A DNA stretch of 64,000 bases from an uncultured Chloroflexia bacterium (GCA_963752475.1 CAVVYR010000031.1:12903-76902), one strand, 5' to 3'; shown: positions 27,867 to 38,016, counted from the first letter of the stretch. Notes: generated by a model not told the origin, from the letters alone. Program-made: numbers and translations.

Positions 27867-29561
27867 GTGACCGACCCACGCTCCCAGTACCCGCGGCCCA
27901 TCCCGGCCCAGCCGCCAAGCTCTGGCGCGCCGCCGATGGCACCACCCGAGGAGCCGGAGGAGCCGCCGCGCTGGACGCGCCGCACCATCGCGGGCACGGC
28001 ACTGCTGCTGGGGATCTTCGTCGTCATCGGGCTCTTCGCCGCGTGGACGGTCACGCCGCCCCCCGACGAGGAGGCCTTGCCGCGTCCGGCCGACACCGAT
28101 GTCGTCATCGCCGGTGGCACGCCGCTCTCGTGGGACCCAGCGGCCGTCACCGACGGGCTCTCGGCCCAGCTGCTGACCCAGATCTTCGAGGGCCTGACCG
28201 TCCTCGACTCCGACTCGGACGTCCGGCCCGCACTGGCCGAATCGTGGCGTGTCGAGGATGAGGGCCGTCGACTCGTCTTCGAATTGCGCGACGACCTCGC
28301 GTTCAGCGATGGCACACCGCTGACGGCCGAGGACGTCCGACGCTCGTGGCTGCGCGTCATCGACCCGGCATCACCAAGCCCGTTCTCCAGTCTGCTCGAT
28401 GACGTCGTCGGTGCGGCTGACTACGTTCGAGGGGTCGGCGACCCGGACGACGTCGGCATCACCGCCGAAGGCCGCACGGTGGTGTTGGACTTCGATCGTC
28501 CGGCGGCGTTCTTCCCGTCCATCGCGGCGGTGCCCACGCTGGCGGTCGTGCCACCCGGCATCGACGCTCAGACCCGCGGACCCGACGCCACCGACGAGTT
28601 CACAGCCAGCGGCGCGTTCGTCCCGGTGAGCCAGGACCTCGAGCAGATCCGCCTGCGGGCCAACGAGCACTTCTGGGCCGGCACAGCGCCGATGTCGGAG
28701 ATCACCGTCATCACCGACGACGGCGGCCGCAGCCAGGTGGACGTCTTCGAGGACGAGGCCGTGGACTGGACCCGTGTCGCGGCTGCCGACGCTTCCTGGA
28801 TCCGCTACGACCGCTATCTCGGCCCACGCTTGCGACACGCGGATCAGATGGCCGTGGACCTCCTGGGCTTCGACGCCGAGGAGCCGCCCTTCGATGATCC
28901 GGCCATCCGGCGAGCGGTGGCGATGGCCGTCGATTGGCGACGACTGGCGACGCTCGCAGGAGCTGAGGAGCCGCCGACCTCGATCACGCCGCCCGAGGTC
29001 GTGGCCCGACCCGATGGCGACTTCGTGGCGCCCTATGACCCCGACGCAGCGCGCGCGGAGCTGGCAGCGGCCGGCTATCCCGACGGCGAGGGCTTCCCGA
29101 CGGTCTCCCTCGCGACCTACGGCGTCGGCCCAGCCGAGGCCATCGCCGCAGAGCTCGCAGCCGAGCTGGGCATCACCGTCGCCGTCGAGACCCGGCCCTT
29201 CGAGCAGCACTCGTCGATGCTGGACCTCGACACACCCGACATGTGGACGCTGGCCTGGAGTGCCGACTACCCACACGCCCACGACTTCCTGGGCCTGCTC
29301 CTGCTCGGTGACAGCAGCGCCAACATCGGCGGCTGGAGCGACGCCGAGTACGACCGCCTCGTGGCGGAGGCCGCAGCCACGGGTGACGAAGCCGAGCAGG
29401 CAGCGCTGTACGCGCAGGCCGAGTCGATCGTGCGTGACCAGGCCCCGCTCATCCCGCTGGGCTACGGTGACGGCTGGTGGCTGGCACGCGAGGACCTGCG
29501 CGGCGACGCACTATCGGGCGTGGGCATCCTGCGCTACGCCGATCTAGAGTGGGCCGACTGA
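27867..29561 (+). CDS. family-5 (peptide/nickel type) ABC substrate-binding protein, membrane-anchored, with no cognate permease or ATPase nearby
   Basis: A Pro-rich N-terminus is followed by the TM helix 'IAGTALLLGIFVVIGLFAAW'. The sequence 'PLSWDPAAVTDGLSAQLLTQIFEGLTVLDSDSDVRPALAESWRVEDEGRRLVFELRDDLAFSDGTPLTAEDV' is typical of SBP_bac_5. Confidence 0.85.
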   Translation: MTDPRSQYPRPIPAQPPSSGAPPMAPPEEPEEPPRWTRRTIAGTALLLGIFVVIGLFAAWTVTPPPDEEALPRPADTDVVIAGGTPLSWDPAAVTDGLSAQLLTQIFEGLTVLDSDSDVRPALAESWRVEDEGRRLVFELRDDLAFSDGTPLTAEDVRRSWLRVIDPASPSPFSSLLDDVVGAADYVRGVGDPDDVGITAEGRTVVLDFDRPAAFFPSIAAVPTLAVVPPGIDAQTRGPDATDEFTASGAFVPVSQDLEQIRLRANEHFWAGTAPMSEITVITDDGGRSQVDVFEDEAVDWTRVAAADASWIRYDRYLGPRLRHADQMAVDLLGFDAEEPPFDDPAIRRAVAMAVDWRRLATLAGAEEPPTSITPPEVVARPDGDFVAPYDPDAARAELAAAGYPDGEGFPTVSLATYGVGPAEAIAAELAAELGITVAVETRPFEQHSSMLDLDTPDMWTLAWSADYPHAHDFLGLLLLGDSSANIGGWSDAEYDRLVAEAAATGDEAEQAALYAQAESIVRDQAPLIPLGYGDGWWLAREDLRGDALSGVGILRYADLEWAD

Positions 29562-30727
29562 TGCGACGACTACCGACCCTGCTCATGGCGACACTGCTAC
29601 TCGTCATCAGCGCGCTGGCACCGGCCGCGGCCCGACCCGACATCGCGTTCGGGACGCCGCTGGCCGAGGGCGCCTTCGGCGAGAGCGTCGTGTTCTCGAC
29701 GGAGTTCAGCACCGACGCCCGGCCCATCCGCGTCGAGTTGCTCAGCCGGCAGCCCGGCGACGACAGTGACCTGGTGACCATCGCGGACGTCACCGGTGAT
29801 GGGGACGGTCGCTGGACCGCGACCGTCTATCAGGGAGGTCACATCGTGCCCAACACGGCCTGGGAGTATCACTTCCGGGTCGTCACCGAGGAGGGCTCGG
29901 CCACGGGCCCGACCGGCACGCATCAGCTCATCGATGAGCGGTTCGAGTGGGACGTGCTCGAGGGCGAACTGGTCAGCGTCTGGACCTACGAGGGTGGTGA
30001 CGACTTCGCCAGGGAGGCGCTGGCCATCGCCGAGACGGCCGTGAGCGAGGCGGCCGAGCTGCTCGGCGTGGAGGACACCGAGCCCGTCGACTTCCTGCTC
30101 TATACCGACAACCGGGAGTTCCGCGACGCCATGGGGCCGGCTACCCGCGAGAACGTCGGTGGGCAGGCCCACCCCCGCATCCGCACGCTCTTCGGGCTCA
30201 TCGAGCCGCGCCAGATCGACTCCGACTGGGCCGACGAACTCATCACCCACGAGCTCGCCCACCTCGTCTTCCACGACGCCGTGGACAACCCCTACCAGTA
30301 CCCGCCGCGCTGGCTCAACGAGGGGCTCGCGGTGATGCTCTCCAAGGGCTATGACGACGGTGACCGCCGGCAGGTCCAGGGCGCGGCCGGCGGTGGCACG
30401 ATCATCCCCCTCGAGGGGCTCGTGGGGCAGTTCCCGACGCGCGCTGGTCGCCAGAGCCTGGCCTACGCGGAGTCGATCGCGGCGGTCGACTACTTCGTCG
30501 AGACCTACGGGCAGGACCGGCTGGTCGAGCTCATCGGGGCGTTCGGGGAGGGGAGCGGGCTCGACGGCGCGTTCATGGCCGCAACCGGTGATGACTTCGC
30601 GGCCTTCGATGCGGCCTGGCTCGACTCGCTCGGCGCGGACGAACCCGAACCGTATGGCCCCAGCGACAGCATCCCCGGCCCGCTGCCGGACGTGTGGGCG
30701 ACCGGACTCGGGCTGCTGCTAGGCTGA
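29561..30727 (+). CDS. secreted MA-clan (peptidase_MA-like) zinc metallopeptidase
   Basis: The ATG at 29561 overlaps the upstream TGA (TGATG). The signal peptide is 'MRRLPTLLMATLLLVISALAPAAA'. 'ELITHELAHLVFHD...WLNEGLAVML' gives HExxH plus a downstream Glu. Confidence 0.7.
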   Translation: MRRLPTLLMATLLLVISALAPAAARPDIAFGTPLAEGAFGESVVFSTEFSTDARPIRVELLSRQPGDDSDLVTIADVTGDGDGRWTATVYQGGHIVPNTAWEYHFRVVTEEGSATGPTGTHQLIDERFEWDVLEGELVSVWTYEGGDDFAREALAIAETAVSEAAELLGVEDTEPVDFLLYTDNREFRDAMGPATRENVGGQAHPRIRTLFGLIEPRQIDSDWADELITHELAHLVFHDAVDNPYQYPPRWLNEGLAVMLSKGYDDGDRRQVQGAAGGGTIIPLEGLVGQFPTRAGRQSLAYAESIAAVDYFVETYGQDRLVELIGAFGEGSGLDGAFMAATGDDFAAFDAAWLDSLGADEPEPYGPSDSIPGPLPDVWATGLGLLLG

Positions 30728-30735
30728 CCCGGCCC

Positions 30736-32184
30736 ATGTCGGAACACATCGCGCGACGAGCGCTCGACACCGCCAGCCAGTTCGGCGCGAGCTACGCCGA
30801 TGTGCGCGTCGTCCGACGGCGTGACCAGAACGTGACCGTCAAGGCCGGTCGCGTCGAGGGCGTGAGCCTGGGCGAGTCGGAGGGCTTCGGTGTCCGCGTC
30901 CTCGTCGATGGCGCCTGGGGCTTCGCTGCCTCCGGCCACATGAACAGCCCTGAAGCCGATCGCGTGGCCGCCCTGGCGGTGAGCATCGCCAGGGCTGCCG
31001 CCCGCCACAACGACAGGCCGGTGCGGCTCGACGACCGGCCTCCGGCCGTGGGCCGCTACGAGACACCGCTCGAGGAAGACCCGTTCACGGTGCCGGTGGA
31101 TCGCACCATCGACCTGCTGCTCGGGGCGGAACGGGCGATGGCCGCGGTCGCGGGCACGACCACCACCTCCGCCGGCTACGAGGCCTTCCGCGAGTCCAAG
31201 GACTTCTATGCCACCGACGGCTCACACACCGAGCAGCTCATCACCCATGTGGGTGCCGGCCTCGAGGTCAACGCCGCCGGAGAGGATGATCTCCAGCGCC
31301 GGACCTATCCGGAGGCCGGTGGCTACCGCGCCGCGGGCTACGAACACGTCCGCTCGCTCGACCTCCTCGGGCGCGCGCCCGAGCTGGCCGAGGAAGCCGT
31401 GGCGCTGCTCTCCGCGCCGGTGCTGCCGCCGGGACGACGGACGGTCGTCCTCCATCCCTCGCAGCTGTACCTGCAGATCCACGAGTCCTGCGGGCATCCC
31501 ACCGAGCTCGACCGCGTCTTCGGGACGGAGGCCGCCTACGCCGGCACCAGCTTCCTCACCACCGACAAGCTCGACGCCGGTTTCGCCTACGGCTCCGAGC
31601 TGGTGACCATCACCGCCGACGCCACCACGCCGGGTGGCCTGGGCACGTTCGGCTGGGATGACGAGGGCGTGGCCGGCCAGCGCGTGCCGCTGGTCGAGCA
31701 CGGACGCCTCACCGGCTACCTCTCGAGTCGCGAGACGGCACCCCGCATCGGGCGCGCGTCGGGTGGTTCGATGCGCGCCGACGGCCACGACCGCCTGCCG
31801 CTCATCCGCATGACCAACGTCAACCTCGAGCCTCGCGAGGGCATGAGCCTCGACGACATCATCGCCGACACCGACGACGGCCTCCTGTTCGTGAGCAACC
31901 GCAGCTGGTCCATCGACGACCGCCGGTTGAACTTCCAGTTCGGCGTGGAGCTGGCGCGCGAGATCAAGCACGGCCGACTGGGCCAGCTCTACCGCAATGC
32001 CACCTACACCGGCATCACGCCCGAGTTCTGGGGCTCCTGCGACGCGGTCGCCGATGCCGGCAGCTGGGAGCTCGTGGGCGTCACCAACTGTGGCAAGGGT
32101 CAGCCGGGACAGGGCATGCACGTGGGCCACGGCAGCAGCGGCGCTCGCTTCCGCGACGTCGAGGTCGGGGTCGGCAACCGATGA
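30736..32184 (+). CDS. tldD: TldD metalloprotease
   Basis: 'MSEHIARRALDTASQFGASYADVRV..' and 'IHESCGHPTELDRV' (HExxxH of TldD). The PmbA_TldD architecture holds throughout. Confidence 0.9.
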   Translation: MSEHIARRALDTASQFGASYADVRVVRRRDQNVTVKAGRVEGVSLGESEGFGVRVLVDGAWGFAASGHMNSPEADRVAALAVSIARAAARHNDRPVRLDDRPPAVGRYETPLEEDPFTVPVDRTIDLLLGAERAMAAVAGTTTTSAGYEAFRESKDFYATDGSHTEQLITHVGAGLEVNAAGEDDLQRRTYPEAGGYRAAGYEHVRSLDLLGRAPELAEEAVALLSAPVLPPGRRTVVLHPSQLYLQIHESCGHPTELDRVFGTEAAYAGTSFLTTDKLDAGFAYGSELVTITADATTPGGLGTFGWDDEGVAGQRVPLVEHGRLTGYLSSRETAPRIGRASGGSMRADGHDRLPLIRMTNVNLEPREGMSLDDIIADTDDGLLFVSNRSWSIDDRRLNFQFGVELAREIKHGRLGQLYRNATYTGITPEFWGSCDAVADAGSWELVGVTNCGKGQPGQGMHVGHGSSGARFRDVEVGVGNR

Positions 32185-33539
32185 CCGACCCCATGCGCTC
32201 GATGGCCAGCGAGATCGCCGACCGGGCGGTGGCCATGGCTCTCGACGCCGGCGCCACCCAGGCCGAGGCCGTGGCGGTCGACGGAGCCAGTGCACTGACT
32301 CGCTTCGCCAACAACGAGCTGCACCAGTCCGTGGCCGAGGACGGTGTCACAGTCAACCTGCGCTTCATCGATGGGCAGCGCGTCGGTGTGGCCTCGGGCA
32401 ACACGATCGACGACGACGCCCTCGGGCGGCTCACCGCCTCCGCCGCGGAGACGGCGCGCCAGCAGCCCGAGCAGGAGTGGTTCCGCTCGCTGCCCGAGCC
32501 CGGTCCCGTGCCCCTGGCTCATGCCGCCTGGGCGCAGCGCACGGCCCAGGCCGATCCCGATCTCCGGGCTGACATGGCCGCAGCCGTCATCGCCGCGGCC
32601 CGCGCTGTCGAGGCTCAGGCCTTCGGCATGGTGGAGACGACCTCGGAGACGATCGCGGTGGTCAATTCGCTGGGCATCGACGTCAGCGAGCAGCGGTCCC
32701 GGAGCCACGTATTGACGGTGATGATGGGACCGGGCGGCGGCACCGGCTACGCGGACCAGGTGGCCGTGGACATCGGGGCCATCGACGCCTCGGCCCTCGG
32801 GCGTGAGGCCGCGGAGCGCACGGCCGCGATGAAGGACCCGATCGAGCTCCCGGCCGGCGACTACCCCGTGGTCCTCGACCACTACGCCGCGATGGACATC
32901 GCGCTCTGGCTCGGGTTCGTCGGCTTCAACGCCCAGGAGGTCCAGGAGCAGCAGTCGTTCTTCGAGCCCGGCAAGGTCGTGGCCTCACCGCTGGTCAGCC
33001 TCGCCGACGACGGCACCGACACGGACGGGACCCCGGCCTCGTTCGACTTCGAAGGGGTCGCCAAGCGGCGCGTCCCGCTCATCGAGAATGGGATCTGCCG
33101 AGAGGTCGTGCACGACTCCAAGACCGCCCAGGCCGCCGGCGTAGCCTCGACAGGGCACGCGCTGCCGGCACCGAACCCGTGGGGGCCCTTCCCCTTCAAC
33201 ATGACGATGGCCGCGGGCGAGTCCACGCGCGAGGAGCTCATCGGCGGGCTCGAGCGCGGGCTGCTGGTGACGCGCTTCCACTACACCAACGCGGTCCACC
33301 CCAAGCAGGTGAGGATCACGGGCATGACCAAGGACGGCCTCTTCCTCGTGGAGGACGGACGCATCACCGCACCGGTGCGAAACCTGCGCTTCACCCAGTC
33401 ATACCTCGATGCGCTGGCAGCGGTCGAAGCCGTCGGAAGCGAGCGGCGTGCGGTCGACGCCGACGACTACCTGGGCACGATCGTGGTGCCCGCGCTGCGC
33501 ATCGGCTCGTTCGGCTTCACGGGCACCACCGAGCACTAA
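32181..33539 (+). CDS. pmbA: PmbA/TldE-family protein
   Basis: ATGA overlap with tldD. 'ALTRFANNELHQSV' is present, and the C-terminus 'VVPALRIGSFGFTG' is typical of the family. There is no HExxxH, as expected for TldE. Confidence 0.85.
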   Translation: MTDPMRSMASEIADRAVAMALDAGATQAEAVAVDGASALTRFANNELHQSVAEDGVTVNLRFIDGQRVGVASGNTIDDDALGRLTASAAETARQQPEQEWFRSLPEPGPVPLAHAAWAQRTAQADPDLRADMAAAVIAAARAVEAQAFGMVETTSETIAVVNSLGIDVSEQRSRSHVLTVMMGPGGGTGYADQVAVDIGAIDASALGREAAERTAAMKDPIELPAGDYPVVLDHYAAMDIALWLGFVGFNAQEVQEQQSFFEPGKVVASPLVSLADDGTDTDGTPASFDFEGVAKRRVPLIENGICREVVHDSKTAQAAGVASTGHALPAPNPWGPFPFNMTMAAGESTREELIGGLERGLLVTRFHYTNAVHPKQVRITGMTKDGLFLVEDGRITAPVRNLRFTQSYLDALAAVEAVGSERRAVDADDYLGTIVVPALRIGSFGFTGTTEH

Positions 33540-33745
33540 CGGGTCAGCTCGTCGAGGCCGCCCTTTCGTTCCGCTTCGCGCTGCTCCTGGCGCTCGCGCG
33601 GCGAAGGCGTCTCCAGATCGTCCGACCAGCGATCGAGCGCACAGACCCATTGCTGGTGGCCGCGACAGCCGGAGTCGGAGCACTCGCGGTAGGTGGTGCC
33701 CCTGAACTCGTAGGAGGCCTCCCACGCGTGGTCGTGCTGTGCCAT
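33536..33745 (-). CDS. hypothetical small Cys/His-containing protein (69 aa)
   Basis: 'MAQHDHAWEASYEFRGTTYRECSDSGCRGHQQWVCALDRW..' followed by a charged tail. I did not recognise the family. Confidence 0.35.
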   Translation of the reverse strand: MAQHDHAWEASYEFRGTTYRECSDSGCRGHQQWVCALDRWSDDLETPSPRERQEQREAERKGGLDELTR

Positions 33746-33841
33746 CTGGCGAGTGTATCGAGAGTTCGAGCTGGGGCAGGCCAGCGGCGCCGACCGCACC
33801 TCCACTATGCTTCCGCCTGAGCACCAGCGCAGAGGGAGCGG

Positions 33842-35359
33842 ATGAGCGAGATTCGAGAGCAGGTCGACGACGCCGTCACCATCGAGGGTGGCGCCGATCG
33901 CGAGCAGGCCAAGCAGGTCCTGCGGAACCCCAAGTTCCTGTCGCTCTTCGGGTCGCAGATCCTTACCCAGGTCGGCGGCAACGCCGTTCTCTTCGGCCTC
34001 ACGGTCACCGTCTTCGGACTCACGGACTCGAGCACCGCGGTCAGTATCCTGCTACTGACGTTCCTCGTGCCCGCTGTCGTCTTCGGCGCCGTGGCCGGTG
34101 TCTTCGTGGACATGTTCGACCGCCGTCAGATCCTTATCTGGTCGAACTTCCTGAGGGCCGGGCTTTACGTCCTGCTCCTGATCTTCCCGGACCAGCTGTT
34201 GGTCATCTACGCGGTCACCGCATTGGTGGCCACCTTGACCACGTTCTTCGGTCCGGCCGAAGCGGCCATGATCCCGTCGGTGGTGAAGAAGGAGCAGTTA
34301 CTCACCGCCAACAGCTTCTTCATCCTCATGCTGCAGGCTTCGTTCGTGCTCGGATTCGCCCTGATCGGCCCCGCCGCACATCGCTTCCTGGGCATGGAAG
34401 CGCTGGTCATCATCGTCGTGGCGGCGTACTTCCTCGCGGGCCTGCTCTGCTCGATCCTGCCCCCCTCACCAGCAGGCCAGATGGGCCAGGCCTCTCTCGA
34501 CTCCGCGCGTCGCGCCATCGCCGCGACCTTCGCCCAGTTGCGAGAAGGCCTGCAGTACATCCGTCAGCACCACAACATCTTCTGGTCGCTGACGTACCTG
34601 GCCATCACGGCATCACTCATCGGCGTCCTCGGCTCGCTGGGTCCGGCCTTCGCGGCCGATGTGCTGGGCCTCGAGGACAGCGACCTCGTGGTGATCCTCC
34701 TGCCCCTCGGTGCCGGCCTCGTCTCGGGCATCGTGGTGCTCAACTTCATCGGCCACCGGCTGCCCAGACGACGGCTCATCGAGAGCGGCATGATCGGCCT
34801 GGGCCTGGCGCTCGTGGTGCTCGGCCTGGTCCAGAACCTCGATGCCCTCCGCAACGGCGATGACATCACCGCCTTGCTCGTCATCGTGGTGGTACTCGCC
34901 TTCATGGCCGGCGTCTTCTATGCCTTCGTGGCCGTGCCCGCGCAGACCTCGCTGCAAGAGGAGCTGCCAGGTGACGTTCGCGGCCGCGTCTTCGGCGTGC
35001 TCAACATGCTCGTGAGCCTGGCCTCGTTCGTGCCCATCATCGTGGCCGGACCGCTGGCCGATGTGCTCAGCGCAGCCGCGGTCATCATCATCTTCGCCAC
35101 CCTCGTGATGGTCATCGGCGTGACCTCGATCGTCTTCGCCCATCCTCGGGTCACCGGCAGCGCGCACCCGACCAATGTCGAGCCCTACGACCCCATGACC
35201 ATCACCACGGCCTCGTCCACGCTCAACCGTCCCATCCGCCTGCGCTACATCGCCGAAGACGTCGAGGCCACCCGGCCCATCCAGATCATCGCCAGCCCGG
35301 TCGTCCCCGGCCGGGCCGGCCCTGCGCAGGAGCCACCGTCCGGCCCAGCCGATGGCTGA
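33842..35359 (+). CDS. MFS transporter
   Basis: 505 aa with about 12 hydrophobic helices. 'FVDMFDRRQILIWSN' resembles the loop-2/3 motif of MFS_3/EntS-like exporters. Confidence 0.85.
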   Translation: MSEIREQVDDAVTIEGGADREQAKQVLRNPKFLSLFGSQILTQVGGNAVLFGLTVTVFGLTDSSTAVSILLLTFLVPAVVFGAVAGVFVDMFDRRQILIWSNFLRAGLYVLLLIFPDQLLVIYAVTALVATLTTFFGPAEAAMIPSVVKKEQLLTANSFFILMLQASFVLGFALIGPAAHRFLGMEALVIIVVAAYFLAGLLCSILPPSPAGQMGQASLDSARRAIAATFAQLREGLQYIRQHHNIFWSLTYLAITASLIGVLGSLGPAFAADVLGLEDSDLVVILLPLGAGLVSGIVVLNFIGHRLPRRRLIESGMIGLGLALVVLGLVQNLDALRNGDDITALLVIVVVLAFMAGVFYAFVAVPAQTSLQEELPGDVRGRVFGVLNMLVSLASFVPIIVAGPLADVLSAAAVIIIFATLVMVIGVTSIVFAHPRVTGSAHPTNVEPYDPMTITTASSTLNRPIRLRYIAEDVEATRPIQIIASPVVPGRAGPAQEPPSGPADG

Positions 35360-36356
35360 CCGTCCGCGCATAGCGGTCGTCTTCACGGGCGGCACCATCT
35401 CGATGCTGCCGGACCCCGTCTCTGGTGCCGCCGTTCCCGCCCTCGACGGCACCGCCATCCTCGCGCGCGTGCCGGGTCTCGGGAGCATCGCGGAACTCGA
35501 ACCGATCGACTGGGGGCTGGTGCCCGCGTCGCACCTGCGCTTCAGCCAGATCCTGGAGATCGGCAGCGTCATCGCCGATGCCGCTGAGCGTGAGGACGTC
35601 GACGGCGTGGTCGTGGTGCAGGGCACCGACGTGCTCGAGGAGACGTCCTACGCCTGGGACCTGCTCCATGCCATCGACACGCCCGTGGTCGTGGTCGGAG
35701 CCATGCGCAACGCCGGTGACCCCGACTACGAGGGGCCGGCCAACATCACCGACGCGGTGCGTGTGGCGGCCGACCCGCGCATGCGCGGCCAGGGCGTGTC
35801 CGTGGTCATGGACGGGCGGATCCTGCCGGCCGACGATGTGACCAAGACGAACAGCCAGTCGATCGACACGTTCCAGGCGCTCAACGACGGACCCCTCGGC
35901 TACGTGCGTGATGGCCAGGTCGTGCTGGAGCGCGAGCGGCGCGCCCGCCGCATGCTCGTCGAGTGGCCGGTAGCGGCCGCCGAGCCGGTCGCGCTCATCA
36001 CCGCGGTCGTCGCGACCGACGGCTCGCTGCTGCGGGCGGCGCTGGAGCAGGGGAGTCGGGCCATCGTGGTCGAGGCCACCGGCTCCGGCAACACCGACCC
36101 GGACCTGCTGGCGGCCGCGGTCGAGGCCATGGACGCCGCGGTGCCGGTGGCCCTGACGACGCGCTGCGCTTCGGGCGCCGTGGGTCCGCTCTACGGGTTC
36201 CCCGGCGGCGGCCGCTCGTGGCAGGAGTCAGGCGCCATCATGGCCGGCACGCTGAGCGGCCCGAAGGCCCGCATCGCGCTCGCCCTCGGAGCGGGCGCCG
36301 GGCTCGACCGAGCCGGCCTGGGCACGCTGCTGGGCGAGCCACGGTCCGATGGCTGA
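35352..36356 (+). CDS. L-asparaginase (type I-like)
   Basis: 'RIAVVFTGGTISM' (TGGTI catalytic Thr motif), 'VVVQGTDVLEETSY' and 'AMRNAGDPDYEGPANI'. Confidence 0.85.
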   Translation: MADRPRIAVVFTGGTISMLPDPVSGAAVPALDGTAILARVPGLGSIAELEPIDWGLVPASHLRFSQILEIGSVIADAAEREDVDGVVVVQGTDVLEETSYAWDLLHAIDTPVVVVGAMRNAGDPDYEGPANITDAVRVAADPRMRGQGVSVVMDGRILPADDVTKTNSQSIDTFQALNDGPLGYVRDGQVVLERERRARRMLVEWPVAAAEPVALITAVVATDGSLLRAALEQGSRAIVVEATGSGNTDPDLLAAAVEAMDAAVPVALTTRCASGAVGPLYGFPGGGRSWQESGAIMAGTLSGPKARIALALGAGAGLDRAGLGTLLGEPRSDG

Positions 36357-38016
36357 GCCACGAGCCGACCTGCTCATCGAGGGCCGGATCGCGACGCTGA
36401 TGGGAACCAGCGGCTTCGGCTGGGTCGAGTCCGTCGCCATCGCCGACGGCCGCGTGCTCGCGGCAGGCGACCGCATCGAGGTCGCGGCGCTTTCGTCCGC
36501 CGGCACGCGCCACTGGCAGCTGCCCCCGAAGCTCGCGGTCATGCCCTCGTTCACCGACGCCCACATGCACTGCGCCTCGGCTGCGCTGGCGGCGGAGCAG
36601 CCAGATCTCAACAGCCTAGATCGGCACGGGGTCGAGCAGGCCATCGCGTCGGCCCACCGCTCCCGCCTCGAGGAGGGCGATCCCGACGGCTGGCTGCTGG
36701 GCCATGGCTGGACCTTCGACGCACTCGGCGAGCGGCCCGATGCCCGCTGGCTGGATGAGGCGGCGCCGGGCCGGCCGGTCGCGCTGTGGTCGCATGACCA
36801 CCACTCGCGCTGGCTCAGCGCCAGAGCCATCCAGATCGCGGGTCTCGCAGCCACCGGCGACCCATCCTCGGGCCGCATCGAGCGCGATGCGGAGGGCCGA
36901 CCGACGGGGATCATGTTCGAGGCCGCGGCCGGGCTGGTCGACGCCTTCATCCCGGCGCCCGCGATGAGCGACGTGGACTGGGCCGTCGGGGCCTACGCCC
37001 GCCGCTTGGCCGAGCTGGGCGTGACGTCGGTGCACGATCCGGGACACGTCGCCCCCGACCCCGAGCTCACGGGTGGACCCGTGCACTACCGGGAGATGGC
37101 CCGCGGCGGCCACCTGCCGCTGCGGGTGATGGCCAGCGTCCGCGAGGACCAGCTCGAACGAGCCATCGAGATCGGCTTTCGCACGGGACGGACCGTCGAG
37201 GGTGACGAACGTGGCCGCTACCGCGACGGCTGGCTGAAGCTGTTCAGCGATGGCGCCGTGGGCAGCCGCACCGCCGCGCTATTGGCACCGTATGAGGGGA
37301 GTGACCCCGCGGCGCCACCGCCGGACCGGGCGTCCGGGATCCCCTTGCGTAGCCATGAGCAGCTGGCCGAGGTCGCCGGCCGTGCCGCGGAGAACGGCAT
37401 CGCCAGCGAGATCCACGCCATCGGTGATGCAGCCGTGCGCACGGTGCTCGATGTCATCGAGGGACTCCCGGCCGTGCCGGACGCGATGCACCGCGTGGAG
37501 CACGCCCAGCTCGTGCACCCACATGACGTCGCGCGCTTCGCGGCGCTGGGCATCCCCGCATCGGTCCAGCCGTGCCACCTGCTGAGCGACGTGGACGTCA
37601 TGCGAACCGCATGGGGCGAGCGCTGCGCAACGGCGTTCCCGCTGGCGGACCTCGACGCGAGCGGAGCCCTGCTGCCGTTCGGGACCGATGCACCCGTCGA
37701 ACCACCCGACCCCTGGCGCAACATCGCGGCCGCCGTCGCCCGACGCGGAGCCGGCTGGGACACGGCGGCCACGTTCTACGCCGAGCAGGCCATCGGGCTC
37801 GATCGCGCCCTGCGAGGGGCCACGCTGGATGGGCCGATCTCGGCCAGGGTCGAGGACCAGGGTCATCTCGGCCCGGGGGCGCGGGCGGATCTGCTGGTCG
37901 TGCCGGCCGACATGTTCGAAGCGCCCGACGACGCCGATGTGCTCGAGCACACGCGCCCGCAGGCCACGCTGCTCGACGGCGAGGTCGTCTACCGCACGCC
38001 GGAGTTCGACCGCTAG
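36349..38016 (+). CDS. amidohydrolase-family (Amidohydro_3-like) protein
   Basis: 'LLIEGRIATL..VAIADGRVLAAG', 'PSFTDAHMH', 'EIHAIGD', 'VEHAQL' and 'GTDAPVE'. Confidence 0.85.
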   Translation: MAEPRADLLIEGRIATLMGTSGFGWVESVAIADGRVLAAGDRIEVAALSSAGTRHWQLPPKLAVMPSFTDAHMHCASAALAAEQPDLNSLDRHGVEQAIASAHRSRLEEGDPDGWLLGHGWTFDALGERPDARWLDEAAPGRPVALWSHDHHSRWLSARAIQIAGLAATGDPSSGRIERDAEGRPTGIMFEAAAGLVDAFIPAPAMSDVDWAVGAYARRLAELGVTSVHDPGHVAPDPELTGGPVHYREMARGGHLPLRVMASVREDQLERAIEIGFRTGRTVEGDERGRYRDGWLKLFSDGAVGSRTAALLAPYEGSDPAAPPPDRASGIPLRSHEQLAEVAGRAAENGIASEIHAIGDAAVRTVLDVIEGLPAVPDAMHRVEHAQLVHPHDVARFAALGIPASVQPCHLLSDVDVMRTAWGERCATAFPLADLDASGALLPFGTDAPVEPPDPWRNIAAAVARRGAGWDTAATFYAEQAIGLDRALRGATLDGPISARVEDQGHLGPGARADLLVVPADMFEAPDDADVLEHTRPQATLLDGEVVYRTPEFDR

